Shown: positions 36,626-40,641 of the stretch, piece after piece | Layout of the letters: every line of letters starts with the position of its first letter | How positions within the stretch are numbered: position 1 is the first letter of the stretch | Assembly: GCA_004347965.1 (NCBI GenBank) | Contig: QNVF01000005.1 | Span: 1 to 40,641, forward strand | Length of the DNA: 40,641 bases | Direction of reading: 5' to 3' | Source of the DNA: Candidatus Nezhaarchaeota archaeon WYZ-LMO8 | GTDB taxonomy: Archaea; Thermoproteota; Methanomethylicia; Nezhaarchaeales; WYZ-LMO8 | The notes under the pieces: model-generated | Databases searched by the model: none | Seen by the model: only the letters and a program-made list of their open reading frames with translations | Told to the model about the DNA's origin: nothing | Program-made: the position numbers and the translations under genes

Positions 36626-37126
36626 TTAGCCCTCCTCCATACACTTCTCTACTTGGCTTAATACCTTCTTAATGTTTCGCCAATGAGAACCTATCCAGTA
36701 GGTCTTACCGCATTTCTCACACAACCAGAACTTCTTATATCGTCGAGCCAGATCCCCTGATGGTAATAGATGCATCACAGATTCAGGATCAACCTCTCTA
36801 AGCTTATTATTACATAGAGGGCAGCGAGTTTCTCTTGGAGGAAGCTCTATCTTGATATTTAGCTCTCGAAGCAACTTACTCATGTTCTCTACATGGTTGG
36901 TAGATGTTAGTAATATGGATTTAACCCCCCTTTTAACTGCTCTAAGATGAAGATCTTGGTCTCTTGTAACTATGATTCTACCAGTTTCTTCTGCTTTAAA
37001 GATTAAGGCTTCATCATCCACTTCTTTGAAGTACTCTACATCGAAACCTAAGAAGCGAAGCCAGCGAGCTAATCTCCCACACATGCTGTTAAGTAGTAGC
37101 TTCTCAGCATTCATGAGGTTCATCAC
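36626..37126 (-). CDS. Mut7-C (PIN + zinc ribbon) RNase-like protein
   Basis: GRLARWLR.LGFD, TRD, RCPLCN, C..CGK.YW.GSHW. Confidence 0.9.
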   Translation of the reverse strand: MMNLMNAEKLLLNSMCGRLARWLRFLGFDVEYFKEVDDEALIFKAEETGRIIVTRDQDLHLRAVKRGVKSILLTSTNHVENMSKLLRELNIKIELPPRETRCPLCNNKLREVDPESVMHLLPSGDLARRYKKFWLCEKCGKTYWIGSHWRNIKKVLSQVEKCMEEG

Positions 37127-38423
37127 CGGGTATTATTACTTTTCCTTCACCACCTCTTCCGACTATGGTGTAGTCATCGTTTACACATATGCCATTGACA
37201 TACGTTCTTACGGGGATGCCCACTAAGATTGCACCCTCAAATGGTGTGTATTTACCCTTTGATACCAGAATCTGGCTCTTTACCTTCAACTTCCTTTTAA
37301 AATCAACCTCCACTAGATCAGCGTAGTAACCTTTCCTTATCATTCCTCGTTTCTTTATCCTGAAGATTTCAGCCGGTTTGATTGTAGTTTTCTCTACTAC
37401 AGTGTTTAGAGAAAGCCTCCCTTTCTTGACTTGTGTCATTAAGGTTGGCATCATGAATTGCAAGTTTGGAAAGCCTGGCTTAGGGTCATCACCTTCTTTC
37501 TCGAAGATAGCGTGAGGTGCGTGATCCGTTACAACAATATCTACTGCTCCGCTCTTAAGCAGTTTAAACAATGATGTAGCTGTGGACTTGCTCTTCAATG
37601 GTGGATCCACATGAGCTATTGAACCGAGAAGCTCTAAGGTACTATAGTTTAGGAGCAAGTGGTGTATCGTGACCTCTAAACTCACCTCCATGAAGCCTTT
37701 ACGCTTATTTATAGCTTCTATAGCTTTGGGGCAGCTAACGTGACAGAAATGTAGTCTCGCCTTGTAGGCTTGAGCAATTCTTAGAATACTTTCAGCGAGC
37801 TCCTTCTCAATCCTGCACAGCTTGAACATGCTTCTCCTCCTGGCAAGCTTAAGGACCTCCGAGAACTTTGACTTTATGTTGCAGTGCAACATCAATACTC
37901 TATCGAGCTTAGAAAGAGAAGACAAAATCTTCACTAATGAGGATGTATCGAGAAAGCCGTCGACCATGTACTCATAGAGAAAGACTTTAAAGGCTATGGC
38001 ACCTATTTTAGATAGCTCTAAGTTGATACTGTGGTTCACTGATGGCTTACATGTGAAGCCCACGTTCGCTAGTATCTTGCTTTTAGCTAGTTCCATCCTC
38101 TCAAGGAGGTTAGTAGGGGTGTTTGTTGGAGGATCATTGTTTGGCATGTCTATTACCGAAGTGACCCCCCCAAGTACTGCGCTAGCAGTCCCAGTCTTGA
38201 AGTCCTCCTTGTAGGAGAGTAGCTGATCTCTAAGGTGCACGTGAGCGTCTATCATCCCTGGAAGTAGTATTCTCCCTCGAGCGTTAAGGTTGATGTCGTA
38301 AGAGGAGTGACCACCATGATCTATTCCGAAGTCAGCTATTAGTGGGGTCTCTATGAGGAGAAAGCAGTTCTCAACTATCCTATCGTTAACGTAGAGTTTG
38401 CAGTTGCGTATGAGAAGCCTCAT
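37104..38423 (-). CDS. pyrC: Dihydroorotase (amidohydrolase family)
   Basis: PGMIDAHVHLR, GGVT...DMPN, HHLLL, PPL, TDHAPH, TPFEG. Confidence 0.88.
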   Translation of the reverse strand: MRLLIRNCKLYVNDRIVENCFLLIETPLIADFGIDHGGHSSYDINLNARGRILLPGMIDAHVHLRDQLLSYKEDFKTGTASAVLGGVTSVIDMPNNDPPTNTPTNLLERMELAKSKILANVGFTCKPSVNHSINLELSKIGAIAFKVFLYEYMVDGFLDTSSLVKILSSLSKLDRVLMLHCNIKSKFSEVLKLARRRSMFKLCRIEKELAESILRIAQAYKARLHFCHVSCPKAIEAINKRKGFMEVSLEVTIHHLLLNYSTLELLGSIAHVDPPLKSKSTATSLFKLLKSGAVDIVVTDHAPHAIFEKEGDDPKPGFPNLQFMMPTLMTQVKKGRLSLNTVVEKTTIKPAEIFRIKKRGMIRKGYYADLVEVDFKRKLKVKSQILVSKGKYTPFEGAILVGIPVRTYVNGICVNDDYTIVGRGGEGKVIIPGDEPHEC

Positions 38424-38433
38424 GGCCGCTACC

Positions 38434-38748
38434 TTATTGAGCTAGTGAAGGAAAGCAGAACGTGGCTATTATGGACCACGTCACTAACCAGACAAAGATG
38501 TATGTAAGGACTCCACCTTTATACATGTAGGAGGGCTCATTGAGACTTGATGGATTTATCTTAATGAGATCTCTAATGAAGTAGTAAGAAGTTATGTAGA
38601 GGAAAGTTGCTATGAGGACTGGGAGAAGTGAGGCTACGATTCCATGATGTGATAGTTTGAGGAGCATGGGGTTAATTAGTGCGCTTATTATTCCAGCTAC
38701 TATTGCAAATACTATCCTAACTATGTAGATCTTCGTTCCAGGTCTCAT
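38434..38748 (-). CDS. Three-TM membrane protein, EMC6/Rab5ip-like
   Basis: R..FAIVAGIISA, central TM, GG..TYIFVWLVTW; size and topology match the family. Confidence 0.6.
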   Translation of the reverse strand: MRPGTKIYIVRIVFAIVAGIISALINPMLLKLSHHGIVASLLPVLIATFLYITSYYFIRDLIKINPSSLNEPSYMYKGGVLTYIFVWLVTWSIIATFCFPSLAQ

Positions 38749-38801
38749 TGCGAATCGTGAATCTTTAATTCTAGCCTTTAGATAAAAACTTTAAGTGGAA
38801 A

Positions 38802-40641
38802 ATGTCCACGTGGATCAAGCTTAAGCCGAAGAAGGCTTTATCAGCTCTAGACCTTAAAGCTCTAGTTAAGGAGATTGAGCAGCTAGTAGTGGGCGGCGTG
38901 ATCCTCAACATCTATGTGATAGAAAATTTATTAATGTTAAAGGTGAGGTGCAATGATGGTATAACGAGGATTTTTATGGCAAAGCCTCCTCATTGGATTA
39001 GCTTATCTATCTACGATGTTGAAAAGCCTCTACAGCCAACAGCATTATGCAAGTTATTGAGGAAACTAGTTAGAGGGTTAAGAATAACATCACTTGAACA
39101 AATCGGCTTTGATCGAATAGTTAAGATGAGGGTTGAGGGGAAAAGGGGCTCCTACGAGATCATATTTGAGCTTGTAAGAGAGGGGAATGTAATAGTCTGC
39201 AGTCCAGATATGACTATCCTAGCTGCCTATAGAGAAGTTGAGTACAAAGATAGAGTTTTGAAGAGGGGAGTTAAGTATCAACCACCTCCAAACTTGGTAT
39301 TGAGCTTAAGTAGGGAGAGAGCAATCGAAGCGATTAAGAAGAATAGATCGAAAGCCTTCCACGTTGCACAAACCCTCGTAGGCTCACCAGAATTAGCTTA
39401 CGAGGTTTTAGCTCGAAGTTCAATAGATCCTGAAACTGATGCTAGCCCTCCAGAGATAATCGAGAAGGTCATTGAGAAGGCTAATGAGCTATTTAATTTA
39501 CCTGAAGTCTTCAAGCCTAGCGTGGTGTATGTTGATTGTAAGCCCTTCTCTGTTGTCCCCTTGGACTTTGTGATTTATGGTGAGTGTCAGAAGAGAGCTT
39601 ACAATCACTTCTATGAGGCAGTATCTGACTTCTTCATAGAGGAGGTCAGGAAGAGTCTCTTAAGAAGGGAGGAAGTTGAAAGAGAGAGGGCTAGGATAGA
39701 GTCTTCAATTAAAGACGTTAAGAAGGCCATCGTTGAGCTTGAAAATAGGATTGAGAAAATGGCTAAGGTCATAGAGCTCATGAATAGGAAGGCTGAAGAG
39801 TTTCAAAGACTTCTTGATGCGTTTAGAGATTCTTGGACCAAGGGGGAGAGAACCCCCAGCTTTATACCGAGTATTGAGGGTGTAAGGGTTGTTCAGATTA
39901 ATCGAAGAGATAAAACTGTTAAGATCGAGATTGAAGGGCTTGAGCTATCCTTAAAGCCTAGCGAGAGCTTGATGGCTAACATCTCTAATATGTACGATGA
40001 GCTCAAGGGCCTTAAGAGGAAGCTTGAGTCTAGTCGTAGAGCTCTTGCTGAGCTTGAGTCTAAGCTTACCACTTTAACAGAAAAGGAGAAGGAGACTATT
40101 AGAGAGGCAGAGAGGAAGATAAGGAGACGGAGAGAACCGAGGTATTGGTATGAGAAGTACCTGTGGTTTAGGTCGAGCGATGGCTTCCTCGTTGTTGCTG
40201 GTAGAGATTCTACTCAAAACGAGGTCTTAGTGAGGAAGTACTTGAGGGATGAAGACCTCTTCTTTCACGCAGATATTGTTGGAGGAGCTGCCGTAATAGT
40301 GAAGAGTGAGGGTAGAGAAGTCCCCCAAACAACTATAGAGGAAGTAGCTCAGTACTCTGCTTGCTACTCTAAGGCTTGGAAAGCAGGATTTGGATCGATA
40401 GACGTGTATTGGGTTTATGGAAAGCAGGTCTCCAAGACCCCTCCTTCAGGTGAGTACTTGCCTAAAGGCTCCTTCATGATTAGGGGATCTAAGAACTTCT
40501 TAAGAGGAGTTGAGCTAAAAGTAGCTGTAGGCCTCATGTCACTTAATGGTGATGTTATCGTAGTCTCTGGACCTCCCTCCGCAATAGCTAAACAAAGCAT
40601 AGCTTACGTAGTGCTAACTCCAAGCGGTGAGGAGAGAGGGC
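38802..40641 (+). CDS. rqcH: NEMF/Rqc2/RqcH (NFACT) ribosome quality-control factor, truncated at window end; absent from the ORF track
   Basis: Translated by eye from ATG 38802: KKALSALDL, LEQIGFDRIV, ELVREGNVI, coiled coil, WYEKYLWFRSSDGFLVVAGRDSTQNE, FHADI.G, SKAWK, QVSKTPPSGEYLPKGSFMIRG. Confidence 0.93.
   Translation, partial: MSTWIKLKPKKALSALDLKALVKEIEQLVVGGVILNIYVIENLLMLKVRCNDGITRIFMAKPPHWISLSIYDVEKPLQPTALCKLLRKLVRGLRITSLEQIGFDRIVKMRVEGKRGSYEIIFELVREGNVIVCSPDMTILAAYREVEYKDRVLKRGVKYQPPPNLVLSLSRERAIEAIKKNRSKAFHVAQTLVGSPELAYEVLARSSIDPETDASPPEIIEKVIEKANELFNLPEVFKPSVVYVDCKPFSVVPLDFVIYGECQKRAYNHFYEAVSDFFIEEVRKSLLRREEVERERARIESSIKDVKKAIVELENRIEKMAKVIELMNRKAEEFQRLLDAFRDSWTKGERTPSFIPSIEGVRVVQINRRDKTVKIEIEGLELSLKPSESLMANISNMYDELKGLKRKLESSRRALAELESKLTTLTEKEKETIREAERKIRRRREPRYWYEKYLWFRSSDGFLVVAGRDSTQNEVLVRKYLRDEDLFFHADIVGGAAVIVKSEGREVPQTTIEEVAQYSACYSKAWKAGFGSIDVYWVYGKQVSKTPPSGEYLPKGSFMIRGSKNFLRGVELKVAVGLMSLNGDVIVVSGPPSAIAKQSIAYVVLTPSGEERG

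Noticed and set aside
1514..40600. Numerous 60-155 aa antisense or alternate-frame ORFs in the track
   Set aside because: They overlap well-supported genes and show shadow-ORF composition with no motifs.

Overview
Gene-dense, mostly housekeeping archaeal chromosomal segment. A stand-alone 5S rRNA, a two-intron tRNA, a PolB3-type polymerase, TIP49 and DUF1512 suggest a Thermoproteota/TACK lineage (inference). The left end carries tRNA-Pro(CGG), tRNA-Cys(GCA), a tRNA-Trp(CCA) with two introns (one carrying C/D-guide elements) and 5S rRNA. Next come DUF1512, map, coaD and an aminoacyl-tRNA synthetase cluster (trpS, pheS, pheT, tyrS). Between pheT and tyrS lie two unannotated, architecturally related GC-rich structured RNAs of about 110 nt, the most striking unexplained element here. 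The rest encodes dnaG, a RecJ/Cdc45-like DHH protein, PolB, RimI, a radical SAM-TRAM protein, a nucleotidyltransferase, ThiDN, a HAD hydrolase, TIP49, DUF72 (apparent CTG start), a transglutaminase-like membrane protein, an XPD-like helicase, a membrane-anchored HerA-like ATPase, a nitroreductase, DNA ligase directly downstream of a type IV pilus operon, a GPN GTPase, AMMECR1, Mut7-C, pyrC, an EMC6-like membrane protein and a truncated NEMF/RqcH gene missing from the ORF track. No CRISPR array, integrase or transposase was seen. All calls come from motif recognition; no database search was run.
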